Of a stretch of DNA of 64,000 nt, positions 50,560 through 59,203 are shown one piece after another. The first letter of the stretch is position 1. Each line of letters begins with the position of its first letter. The notes under the pieces were generated by a model. The model was not told the origin of the DNA and ran no database searches. It saw nothing but the letters and a program-made list of their open reading frames with translations. Source of the stretch: an uncultured candidatus Porisulfidus sp. (GTDB lineage: Bacteria; Pseudomonadota; Gammaproteobacteria; Poriferisulfidales; Oxydemutatoraceae); the NCBI GenBank assembly GCA_965215125.1, contig OZ244052.1, positions 1,408,001 to 1,472,000 on the forward strand. The letters are read 5' to 3'. The position numbers and the translations under genes were made by a program.

Positions 50560-53360
50560 TGTCTATTTTTAATTTGTGGGAAAAGCATTTCGGTCTTTAT
50601 AGAGGCGACAGGGAAGAGATGCCCGCTTATGTTCCTAAAGATGTAGCTCCTTATTTTTATTGGGACGGTAGCGGGCAATCTCATCTCAAGCAGCGAGATT
50701 ATCTGAAGGTTGCCGACCCCGGACAGAAAAGCCGATGCCTTTATTCGGCACCGGGGTTTTTGGATTATCTAGGTCCGCGTGCCGACCTCAACGGCTGCGA
50801 TATTTTGCTGAGAAATCTAAGCAATGTGGGGCGATTTTTTGAACTAATACCGGCGGGTATCGAAGGACAATCGGATGCTTATGTGAAGGCATTATTCAAT
50901 AAGGCGGTGCCGGCTTTTTCCAATGTGATACCGGAGAACGAAAAGCATCTATGGTTTTTGCAGTTCTTCTTGGAAGACGAAGCCTCGCTCGATTCGGTTC
51001 ACGAACAGCTAAAGGCTTATGTCGGCAAGCAATTGTCGGAAAATAGGTTCACGCAGAGCTGGCTGGAGCAGTTGCGTATGCATTTGGAGCAAGCGAGCCA
51101 ACCGCAAGGTTTGTTCTTTGACCGGCAGGTTTCCGGGGGTGTATGGCGCGCCCGCATACGCCGAGTGCGTCTTTGTTTGTGGCGCGACGGTGGCAACGAC
51201 AAAGAAGGCGATGCGATAGCGGAAGTATCCGAGAAATTAAAAAATGCTCTGGCGCAAGCGAATATCAAGTTGATTGCCGATACGCCGGCAGGTTTGTGTC
51301 GTTGGTTGACACAATGGTTTGCTCCGACATCTGCCGACGATGCTCGGCCTTCGCCTTCGCAGTGGCAGACTGCACAAGTCGGATTCGGTTTGCTCGACGA
51401 CGACATGGGTGATTTGGTGAGATGTGCGTGTCAGGGTGTTTATCCGGGTAGCGACGCAAACGGCAACTGGTATTTTCGCAAACAAGCGACGCGCTTCGTT
51501 TGTTTTGATGGCTTGGTGGACGAACCTGCCATCGGCGTGTTGACCGCCGAACAAAAGGTAGGAATACAACGACGCGTGCTGTGGGACAATATGCCGCCCG
51601 GCACCACCTTGTCTTTGACGATACAGTTCTGTTCTCAAACCGAAATTTCCGAGCATATACGACAACTGATGCAAAACTCCAAAGGGGGTTCGGCGGAAGC
51701 CAATGCCAAATACGAGATGGCACACCGCGCACAAGAATATATGGCAGCCGGTCATAAACTTTATAGGGTCTACGGTGGTGTCTTCGTGCGCGGCGAGGAT
51801 GTGGAACGATTGAAATCCAATGCGATACAAGCTACATCTATTTTGAATGCACATGGCTTGCGTGTCGTGTTGCCGCAATACGATCTGATTGCCCAGGATT
51901 GTTTTTTGCGCGCTCTGCCTTTTTCTTACGACCGCAACCATGATCGTAGACCTTATATACGTCGTAGCCGACTTTGGTATAGCGAGCATATCCAGCGCAC
52001 CGCGCCGGTTTGGGGGCGTAGCACCGGCACCGGCAACTCCGGATTTTTGTTTTGGAATAGAGGGGCGCAACCGCTCACTTTTGATATTTTGAATCCCGAC
52101 GATAGAAAACGCAATGCGCACTTATTGATGTTAGGACCTACCGGATCGGGCAAAACGGCAACGTTGATCTATATGTTGCTACAGTTGATTGCGGTACACC
52201 GCCCGCGGCTTTTTGTCATTACTTCGTTGCCGACTTTCGGTTTGTTTGCCCAATATCTAGAAAGTCTGGATGTGTGCGTCAACTATGTACGTATCGGCGA
52301 GATGGATGTGAGCTTGCCGCCGTTTTCGGACGCGCATAAATTGTTGCTTTCGGTGGACGACGACGGTGCCGACGGACGCGATGCAGACGATGTGTCGCAC
52401 GATCGTTTAGCCGAAATGGAAAGCATCGCCAAGCTGATGATCACCGGGGGCGATGCACGCGAGGAGGCGGATCTGAGACGCGCCGATATGAACATGATTA
52501 GGCGCGCGATCATCATCGCTGCCGAGACCACCCAACGCCAAAATCGGCAAACCAGAACCTCCGATGTGGTCGCTGCGATGCGCGCTTTGGCAAGCGGTAA
52601 ACAAAGCGGCGAAGAGATATTACTGGACGCTTCGTCTGCGAGCAAACTCATTGCGTATGCCAATGCGATGGATTTGTTTTGTCAGGGCATGACCGGGCAG
52701 ATATTTAATCGCGAAGGTAGCTTGTGGCCGGATGCCGATGTTACGGTGATAGAGTTGGGATGCTTTGCCAAAAAAGATTATCAAGCACAGCTATCGGTTG
52801 CGATTTTGAGCTTGCTCAATCAAATCAACGAGACTGCCGAGCGTAGTCAATACGAGGACCGACAGCTACTCACCGTAATAGACGAAGCCCACATATTGCT
52901 TAAGAACCCATTGGTTGCTCCGATGCTCAACAACATTATGGCAATGTGGCGGACTTTCGGGGCTTGGCTGTGGTTGGCAACGCAGACATTGGCACAATTT
53001 CCGGAGCATGCCCGAGAAATGTTGAACCAACCGGAATGGTTGATTACGCTTTCTATGGATCAAGGTGAAGTCGAGCAGGTTGCTCGCTTTAAGCATTTAT
53101 CCGAAGACCAGAGGTCGCTGTTGTTGTCGGCAAAAAAAGCGTCGGGCGACTATGTGGAAGGTGTGGTCGTCTCCGATGTATTGCTGACTTTGTTTAGGAG
53201 TGTCGTGCCTGCTTTGTCGTTGGCATTGGCACAAACCGAAAAATCCGAGAAGGCGGTGCGTGCCGAATTGATGAGGCAACATCGCTGTAGCGAATTGGAT
53301 GCGGTTTACCGAATCGCAGCGGCTATTAAACAAAAACGTGCCGACGGAGGTGTACGATGA
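50559..53360 (+). CDS. VirB4-like conjugative transfer ATPase (TIGR03744, PFL_4706 family)
   Basis: FWNRG..P..FD, Walker A GPTGSGKT, Walker B IDEAH, MWR.FGAWLWLATQ, LALAQTEK.EKA.R. Confidence 0.92.
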   Translation: MSIFNLWEKHFGLYRGDREEMPAYVPKDVAPYFYWDGSGQSHLKQRDYLKVADPGQKSRCLYSAPGFLDYLGPRADLNGCDILLRNLSNVGRFFELIPAGIEGQSDAYVKALFNKAVPAFSNVIPENEKHLWFLQFFLEDEASLDSVHEQLKAYVGKQLSENRFTQSWLEQLRMHLEQASQPQGLFFDRQVSGGVWRARIRRVRLCLWRDGGNDKEGDAIAEVSEKLKNALAQANIKLIADTPAGLCRWLTQWFAPTSADDARPSPSQWQTAQVGFGLLDDDMGDLVRCACQGVYPGSDANGNWYFRKQATRFVCFDGLVDEPAIGVLTAEQKVGIQRRVLWDNMPPGTTLSLTIQFCSQTEISEHIRQLMQNSKGGSAEANAKYEMAHRAQEYMAAGHKLYRVYGGVFVRGEDVERLKSNAIQATSILNAHGLRVVLPQYDLIAQDCFLRALPFSYDRNHDRRPYIRRSRLWYSEHIQRTAPVWGRSTGTGNSGFLFWNRGAQPLTFDILNPDDRKRNAHLLMLGPTGSGKTATLIYMLLQLIAVHRPRLFVITSLPTFGLFAQYLESLDVCVNYVRIGEMDVSLPPFSDAHKLLLSVDDDGADGRDADDVSHDRLAEMESIAKLMITGGDAREEADLRRADMNMIRRAIIIAAETTQRQNRQTRTSDVVAAMRALASGKQSGEEILLDASSASKLIAYANAMDLFCQGMTGQIFNREGSLWPDADVTVIELGCFAKKDYQAQLSVAILSLLNQINETAERSQYEDRQLLTVIDEAHILLKNPLVAPMLNNIMAMWRTFGAWLWLATQTLAQFPEHAREMLNQPEWLITLSMDQGEVEQVARFKHLSEDQRSLLLSAKKASGDYVEGVVVSDVLLTLFRSVVPALSLALAQTEKSEKAVRAELMRQHRCSELDAVYRIAAAIKQKRADGGVR

Positions 53361-54670
53361 AAGCGAGCATTTTAAGGAAGTTTATTTGTGGGCTTTGTGT
53401 GCCGTTGCTGTTTGCAACCGCCGACTTAAACGCACAGAGTAACTTGATTGACAACCTCAAGGATTATATAGAGTTTAGCTCAAACCGATCGCCGCCGGCA
53501 CCGCCTAGAGAAAGCAGTCTTTATGTGGGTGCCGAACTTAATCTGGATGCACGGCTTGCGTGCAGTAAATTCGATCCTAAGCTGTCGGTGGATTATGCAC
53601 TCACCGGGCTTAAAGAAACGATGAGCACGATAGAATCTATACCCAAAACGGTAATCTCGTCGTTGCCGGGCGTGGTGTTTTGTCGCGCCTTGCCGGGTGT
53701 TTGCGAATTGGCACAAGAATATACCGCGCGTTTTGAAAATCGTTTTAATCTTGCCGTTAAAAGCTGCGAGCAGATGATTGCCGATGCAACGCAAGGGCGC
53801 AACCCGTATCAAGATGTTTTTAATGCGACCGTTGAAAACGCATGGAATCGGGGGCAACAAGCAAATAAAACGCCGGCGCAAGTGCAGGAGGAGATGTCAG
53901 AGGCTAAAGATCAAGGCATCACTTGGGTCGGCAACGAGAAACACGGCGGGCGCGGGCAACGTCAAATTAGACCGGTGAGACACACCATCGCCGCCGGTTG
54001 GTGCATTGCCAACGGTGAGACCCACACCGATTGCGAGACCTCAGCGGCGGAAAATCAATATACTAAAACCTGGCGTGCGGTTAGCGAATTGAAGCAATGG
54101 ATTACCGATATCGTCGGCGATATCGGCTTTTGGATTTATCGAGGCGCGCCGGCACCGCAAAGCTATCCGGGTTTGGGTCTCAATGCCAAAGTCAGCGAAC
54201 GCGAACCATTGATCAAAGCAAAGCTGGAACAGTTGGTACAAACACCGGCGGATCAAATCTATGATATAGATCCGCAGGATCTGGAGTTCCTAAGTTCAAG
54301 CTCGCAAGAAATGTTGCCACAAATAGTGGCAGCTTTACAGGTTGATCTAGATAAGGCGTGGTTATCGGAACGGCTTGCCAATGAAATCGCATCTGCACAG
54401 GTTTTGGACGAGGCTTTGCTTGCCCGACGGTTATTGCTGATAGGTTCTAAGGAACCCAATCTCTATAAGCACAAGAGATTTATCTCCGAAGAGGTGGGGC
54501 AAGCGATAAAGCGTCTGGAAGACGAGATCGATCAGTTGTTGATGGAAGCCGAAGCGCGCGGCAAAGTTGTCTCGGATTTGGTCATCCGTATTCTGGAAAG
54601 AGCGGAGCAAAGACAAAGCGCACGCAACGATATCTCGCCCGATGTGCCGCACACGCGCCTACAGCCGTAA
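53357..54670 (+). CDS. TIGR03755-like (PFL_4711) ICE protein
   Basis: C.KFDP, SLP.....RA.PG, KSCE.M, GITWVG...GG..Q..I, PG.GL, RLA.EIA, ARR.LL.G..EPN. Confidence 0.82.
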   Translation: MKASILRKFICGLCVPLLFATADLNAQSNLIDNLKDYIEFSSNRSPPAPPRESSLYVGAELNLDARLACSKFDPKLSVDYALTGLKETMSTIESIPKTVISSLPGVVFCRALPGVCELAQEYTARFENRFNLAVKSCEQMIADATQGRNPYQDVFNATVENAWNRGQQANKTPAQVQEEMSEAKDQGITWVGNEKHGGRGQRQIRPVRHTIAAGWCIANGETHTDCETSAAENQYTKTWRAVSELKQWITDIVGDIGFWIYRGAPAPQSYPGLGLNAKVSEREPLIKAKLEQLVQTPADQIYDIDPQDLEFLSSSSQEMLPQIVAALQVDLDKAWLSERLANEIASAQVLDEALLARRLLLIGSKEPNLYKHKRFISEEVGQAIKRLEDEIDQLLMEAEARGKVVSDLVIRILERAEQRQSARNDISPDVPHTRLQP

Positions 54671-54685
54671 CAGGCATGATGTGCG

Positions 54686-56098
54686 ATGAGTGTCAGCCTG
54701 TCGGTATTTTCGGAATGGGAGCGAGCATTCACACTGTACGGTTGGCTGCTCAATAATTTTTTCACCGACATTTTATTTTCGTCGGGTATCGTGTTGGCAG
54801 TTATGATCGTCGCATTGTTCTCCGCTTGGTATAAGACGGCAGGTGCGGGCGGCGGAGATAAAGACACCAACCGCTCGCTGGAGATGCGCACGGTAATTGC
54901 CGTGCTTGTTTTGCTATTCGCTTTTTTTCCGATCTTCAGGATTGATGCAGTACAGGTTTTGGATCTATCGGGCGGCTGTCAAGAATACGGCAAAGGTACG
55001 GCGTTTGAGGAGATGACCGTCTTCGAGGACTTAAAACAAGAATTGATCGCCGACACCGACAATGTAAAAATCCCGTTGTTTTGGGCGTTGATACACAAAG
55101 TAGGTGCCGGCATTTATTATCAGATACTTGACGGGTTGGATTGCTTCACCGATTGGCGCGCAGTAGAGACCATTATCAGAACGAACAAGATACAAGACCC
55201 GGCGATATTGAGCGAATACTATCAATTCGCATCCAAATGCTACGGGCAGGCGCGCTATCAATATCAAACCATAGGCTATCGAGGCGGCGGTGTGCCGCCT
55301 TCGGCGGATGACCTTGCCTATTTGGGTAGCCGTTATTATTTAGATACACCGAGCTATTACGATGCTTTTCTATTACCGACTCGACTGCAACGTTGGCAAC
55401 CCAATTTGGTGAGAAGCTGCTCGGCGTGGTGGCTAGGAGACGGAACGAATAAAGGGTTGAGGGAGATTTTGTTGACGCAGGCAACGGCACAACTACCGCC
55501 TGTAGAAACGGCAGGTATTTTAGGATCGGGTTCACGCGATGTAGAAGATCGTATTATCAAAGCGATGCTCAAATCAAACCCGCTGGAACTCGGTCATTCG
55601 GGCGCGGCGTATTCCGCTGCCGCTAACTCGGCTCAATCTTCGGCTAAGGTTTTACATGTCGGGGATGCGGCTTATATGTCGGGTTCGGGCTTGACAGGTT
55701 TGTCCGAGCAAGTGTCGGCAGCTTTCAATCACACTTATTTACTCAAGCGTATTGCTTCATACATACAACCGATTATTTTACTGGCACTGTACTTTTTTAT
55801 CCCTGTGTTTTTGCTCGCAACCGGCTTAAGGTTGATAGGTGTTCTGTATTATGCGGCATGGATTTTAGGCATCCAAGCGATGCCGATGATCTATGTTTTG
55901 GTGGCGGCATTGGATGCCAAAGTGACCGAGAGCCTTTATCGAGGGATCGGTCTGTTCAATGTCACTATGGATCGCTTGATTATCGCTTATGTTTTTTCGT
56001 ATTTACCGCTGATTTTTTCTGCTGCCTATTTCATAGTGCTGGTTTTGGCAATCAAAAAAGGTTCGGCACTCATAGAACATCATCGGGCAATCGCATGA
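54686..56098 (+). CDS. TraG N-terminal-domain membrane protein (MPF-G)
   Basis: LYGW, K.PL.W...H, I.DP.....Y.F...CY..AR, GS.YYL..P.YY, C..WW....GLR..L. Confidence 0.82.
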   Translation: MSVSLSVFSEWERAFTLYGWLLNNFFTDILFSSGIVLAVMIVALFSAWYKTAGAGGGDKDTNRSLEMRTVIAVLVLLFAFFPIFRIDAVQVLDLSGGCQEYGKGTAFEEMTVFEDLKQELIADTDNVKIPLFWALIHKVGAGIYYQILDGLDCFTDWRAVETIIRTNKIQDPAILSEYYQFASKCYGQARYQYQTIGYRGGGVPPSADDLAYLGSRYYLDTPSYYDAFLLPTRLQRWQPNLVRSCSAWWLGDGTNKGLREILLTQATAQLPPVETAGILGSGSRDVEDRIIKAMLKSNPLELGHSGAAYSAAANSAQSSAKVLHVGDAAYMSGSGLTGLSEQVSAAFNHTYLLKRIASYIQPIILLALYFFIPVFLLATGLRLIGVLYYAAWILGIQAMPMIYVLVAALDAKVTESLYRGIGLFNVTMDRLIIAYVFSYLPLIFSAAYFIVLVLAIKKGSALIEHHRAIA

Positions 56099-56107
56099 AG
56101 CTACTGA

Positions 56108-56418
56108 AAAAGTATTTCATGCACCGTAGGGGTGGCAGGCGCAATAGAACCGCCGTTTGTTGCAGTAGCACAAACGGCGTGACATTGTGCAGAACCTTGA
56201 CACATAGTACACATGTAAAGCCTTTTCATGGGATGGTTGTGGTGTATCTACACAAGTACAGTATCGGTACATTCCCCTCCTTCGGAGGGGTGGCAGGCGC
56301 AGCCTGACGGGGTGGTTGTGTCGTATCTGCACCGATTCATTCCCCTCCTTTGGAGGGGTGTCAGGCGTAGCCTGACGGGGTGGTTGTGTCGTATCTGCAC
56401 GATTTATACATTCATTCA
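56108..56418. repeat. Composite palindromic repeat inserted inside the T4SS cluster
   Basis: Two TTCCCCTCCTT(C/T)GGAGGGGTG..AGGCG.AGCCTGACGGGGTGGTTGTGTCGTATCTGCAC units plus the 5' module seen at 2965-3128. Confidence 0.85.
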
Positions 56419-56449
56419 TCGGCCCCACGGTTATATATTGGGTGCGTTG

Positions 56450-56890
56450 ATGCTGTGCGCGACTGCCGCCGGCGATGCGGGTTCGGTGCAGGATACTATC
56501 TCGGCATCGGCGACTGTTCGTATCTATAGCATAAAACCGAGCGAAATCTCAGGTATCTCGCGATTAAAGCAAGAACCGTCAATCTCCGATATACGGGTCA
56601 TAGATCTCTCGGTGATTCCCAAGATGGAGGCGGTGTTCGGTGCGTATGCAAACAACGAAATGAACGACTCGTCTATCGCCGAGATTAAAGCCTTGATTGC
56701 GCGATTGCCGCGCATACAGCTACAGGCATTAGCCGATGCACAAATGAACCTTTTTGATTTGCAGACTCGGTACGATGTTGAGATTGACGATCTTCCGGTG
56801 GTTGTTTTCGAGCAAAACAAAACCCGCTCTTTATACAAAGGCAACGATGTCTATCAAGGATTTCTACGATGGCAGCAATCAAAAAGATAA
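56450..56890 (+). CDS. TIGR03757/DUF1525-like ICE protein (start uncertain)
   Basis: V..L, Y.V..LPVVVF, Y.G.DV; directly upstream of TraU-like gene. Confidence 0.6.
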   Translation: MLCATAAGDAGSVQDTISASATVRIYSIKPSEISGISRLKQEPSISDIRVIDLSVIPKMEAVFGAYANNEMNDSSIAEIKALIARLPRIQLQALADAQMNLFDLQTRYDVEIDDLPVVVFEQNKTRSLYKGNDVYQGFLRWQQSKR

Positions 56891-58035
56891 GCAAATATAC
56901 GTTAATCACTTGTGTGTGGTTATGCTGCGCATTGCCCACACAGAGCTTAGCGGGTTTTAATACCGCACAGTTGATATATAGATCCATGCAAGTCAAGTGT
57001 TTGGATTGGCAAATCATCGGTTTGTGCTTTTGGTTGAAGTGTAGCCCTAAGTGCAGTATTAGAATCACTCCTAAAATATCACACTATCTACCCGACCTTA
57101 CGGTTACCAATAGTGCCGGTCAATGTCCTTGGCAAGAAGCGACATTGCTGTCGCTGAAGTCGCCGGTGAACATCGTCTCTCAACTCGCTGCAAAAGCAGT
57201 CGGTGGCAACCCCGGACAAGGTGGACGGTTGGGTCGCTATGCGATGAAGTTCAAAGACGCTATGGTAATAGGCAACCCCGCCGCTGCATTAGGTTCTAGA
57301 TTTAATGTGCGCTTTTTGTGTAAAAGTCAAAGCAAGCCGATGCATATCTATTTCAATTCCAGACAGGGACTCAATGTTCTGACCTGGCGCGGCATCGACT
57401 TAAGTTCATTGCATGGCGTAGGCGGTACCGACTTGGACAGGATAGAAAGCTGGAAGCCCGGCAGCCGCATGGTCGGTAGAAGCGAGTCGTTGAACAATGG
57501 AATCATCGGCAACCTACCGATACTCGACAACGGTTGGGGAAGCATCTATCCGAGACGAGGCACCGTTTTAAACCCGAACGATGTCAAGGCAGGGGCAGTG
57601 ATTGCTCAACGAGCGATTGAAATCGTTGTCCGCAACCCCGACGGCTATCAAAACATCACCTCTGCCGAGGTTCACGACGACGAACAATGGGAACTGTGGG
57701 GAGATTCCGATGCCACAAGCTATCAACAATGCCACGCCTCGGGTGGGCAATGGCAACAAGAGATGCAAGATACGGCATTGGCGGTTAGCGGCCGATGTGT
57801 GCAACAACGCTCAGTGCAGCAACGCGATGTCGGCGACGAAGCAACCGACCGCTGGCAAATGATTTACCCCCAAGTAGAAAACGAATGTAGCTCGTTTGAC
57901 GAGCGCGCGCAACAAAAAGACGACTGGTCGGCAGGCAAAGCCTCCGCAGAGGCAGCCTACGGCTATAACTTCTGGCAAAAATATAAATGTTGTATCCCCG
58001 GAAGCGGTCGCTATCTATTCAGCATGGAGTGGTAG
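56869..58035 (+). CDS. TraU family (TIGR03756) protein
   Basis: CLDWQIIGLCFWLKC, HYLPD, IGNP, WG.IYPR.G, AV.AQRA, WQM.YP, W..Y.CC...G. Confidence 0.88.
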   Translation: MAAIKKISKYTLITCVWLCCALPTQSLAGFNTAQLIYRSMQVKCLDWQIIGLCFWLKCSPKCSIRITPKISHYLPDLTVTNSAGQCPWQEATLLSLKSPVNIVSQLAAKAVGGNPGQGGRLGRYAMKFKDAMVIGNPAAALGSRFNVRFLCKSQSKPMHIYFNSRQGLNVLTWRGIDLSSLHGVGGTDLDRIESWKPGSRMVGRSESLNNGIIGNLPILDNGWGSIYPRRGTVLNPNDVKAGAVIAQRAIEIVVRNPDGYQNITSAEVHDDEQWELWGDSDATSYQQCHASGGQWQQEMQDTALAVSGRCVQQRSVQQRDVGDEATDRWQMIYPQVENECSSFDERAQQKDDWSAGKASAEAAYGYNFWQKYKCCIPGSGRYLFSMEW

Positions 58036-58058
58036 TACATAGTATTCCCCTCCTGTGA

Positions 58059-58580
58059 ATGTCTAAGCAAGTCGGCGGTCGCAGTAGGGGTGTCGCCAGA
58101 ATAAGACCCGGTCAACCAGATTATCAAGACAACGGGTTACTCAGTGTAAAAGACTATCCTCGTGAATTGTTAGGCGAAGCACCTAAGGTTTTAGTTGGTG
58201 CAAAATCTTTAGAAAGTGCGCTAGAAAAAGTTGATGAATTTCTTTTAAGAGGACAAGAATGGAGAAGAGTTAATACACCACATGAACCAGTTATTATTCA
58301 CCGGCAATATATTCGCCATATATTGATGAAGCGAAGCCATCGGAGAGAAAGGTTTATTAACTGGATAATACCCACATTGACTGACCCGAATGAAATTTGG
58401 TTGACTGAATATAAAAATGGTTTCCGCCGTCACTTTATTAAGCTTTTTAAGGATAAAAAAAATATGCTGGTGATTGCTCAAGAGAACCTAAATGGTAGCT
58501 TGTTTTGGAACGCAATACCAGCAAGCAGAACAGGCTATATTGATGGGAGAAGGAAAGGTAAGCTGTTGTATAAAAAGTGA
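58059..58580 (+). CDS. PBECR2-like (Barnase/EndoU/ColE5/RelE-fold) nuclease
   Basis: HI...R...RERF...I.PTL.DP.EIW, RRHFIK, YID..RKGKLLY; resembles C-terminal extensions of phage MuF proteins; lower GC than the T4SS genes. Confidence 0.65.
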   Translation: MSKQVGGRSRGVARIRPGQPDYQDNGLLSVKDYPRELLGEAPKVLVGAKSLESALEKVDEFLLRGQEWRRVNTPHEPVIIHRQYIRHILMKRSHRRERFINWIIPTLTDPNEIWLTEYKNGFRRHFIKLFKDKKNMLVIAQENLNGSLFWNAIPASRTGYIDGRRKGKLLYKK

Positions 58581-58678
58581 GGGCTATGGGACGTCTAACC
58601 CAAATGGTTAGGCACTTGGTAGTAGCGGGATTATGTAAGCGACCTAACTCTGATAATCCAACTCGCAAAGCCCTCACT
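58572..58678 (-). ncRNA. Candidate ~100-nt structured small RNA convergent with the nuclease gene
   Basis: 10-bp closing stem (58576-58585 with 58669-58678), two internal hairpins, extended -10 TGgTATACT at 58690-58682, T5 run after the stem. Confidence 0.5.
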
Positions 58679-58760
58679 AAAAGTATACCACATAGTCCGC
58701 CCGAAACGCCTTGTATCGGCACACAAAACATTCATTGATCAGAATTTATGGTCATCTACC

Positions 58761-59201
58761 TTAAGGGCATTTATTGCTATCAAGTAGCTTTATCTGTGTT
58801 TTATATTGATAGATTTTTCCACCGATAATTTTAGAGTTCTTAAAATCATTCATTAATGGCTTGTCGTGTGTTACCAGTAATTTAGTATTGGATGCTTTAG
58901 CCAAAGCCAGAATGGGAAAGTCTTCCTCATTGGACTCGAAATCAATATTGTTATTGTTTAGTTCTTTTTCGGCTTGTTCTAAGTTTTCAGGGGGTATTGT
59001 TTTGATAATCTTTTTCTTTTTGTATCCCACTAAGAGACGAGTAAATTTAAAGTTTTTTTTGTACTCACCCCAGAAATTATCATTTTCAGGCGGAGAGATT
59101 AACTTTATTTTTTTCTCCTCTATGCGTTGCCTTAGTGGTTTCATGTCCTCGGTCTCGTTAATATAATTTACAATCATATTAGTATCTATAATCACGCACA
59201 T
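58761..59201 (-). CDS. PIN-domain-like protein
   Basis: IIDTN, D..ILALA, LLVTHD..L..DFK. Confidence 0.7.
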   Translation of the reverse strand: MCVIIDTNMIVNYINETEDMKPLRQRIEEKKIKLISPPENDNFWGEYKKNFKFTRLLVGYKKKKIIKTIPPENLEQAEKELNNNNIDFESNEEDFPILALAKASNTKLLVTHDKPLMNDFKNSKIIGGKIYQYKTQIKLLDSNKCP

Positions 59202-59203
59202 AG

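Noticed and set aside
51237-52121. 294-aa antisense ORF within VirB4, and similar shadow ORFs (e.g. 49416-50159)
   Set aside because: Fully overlap well-supported genes on the opposite strand and show no recognisable motifs
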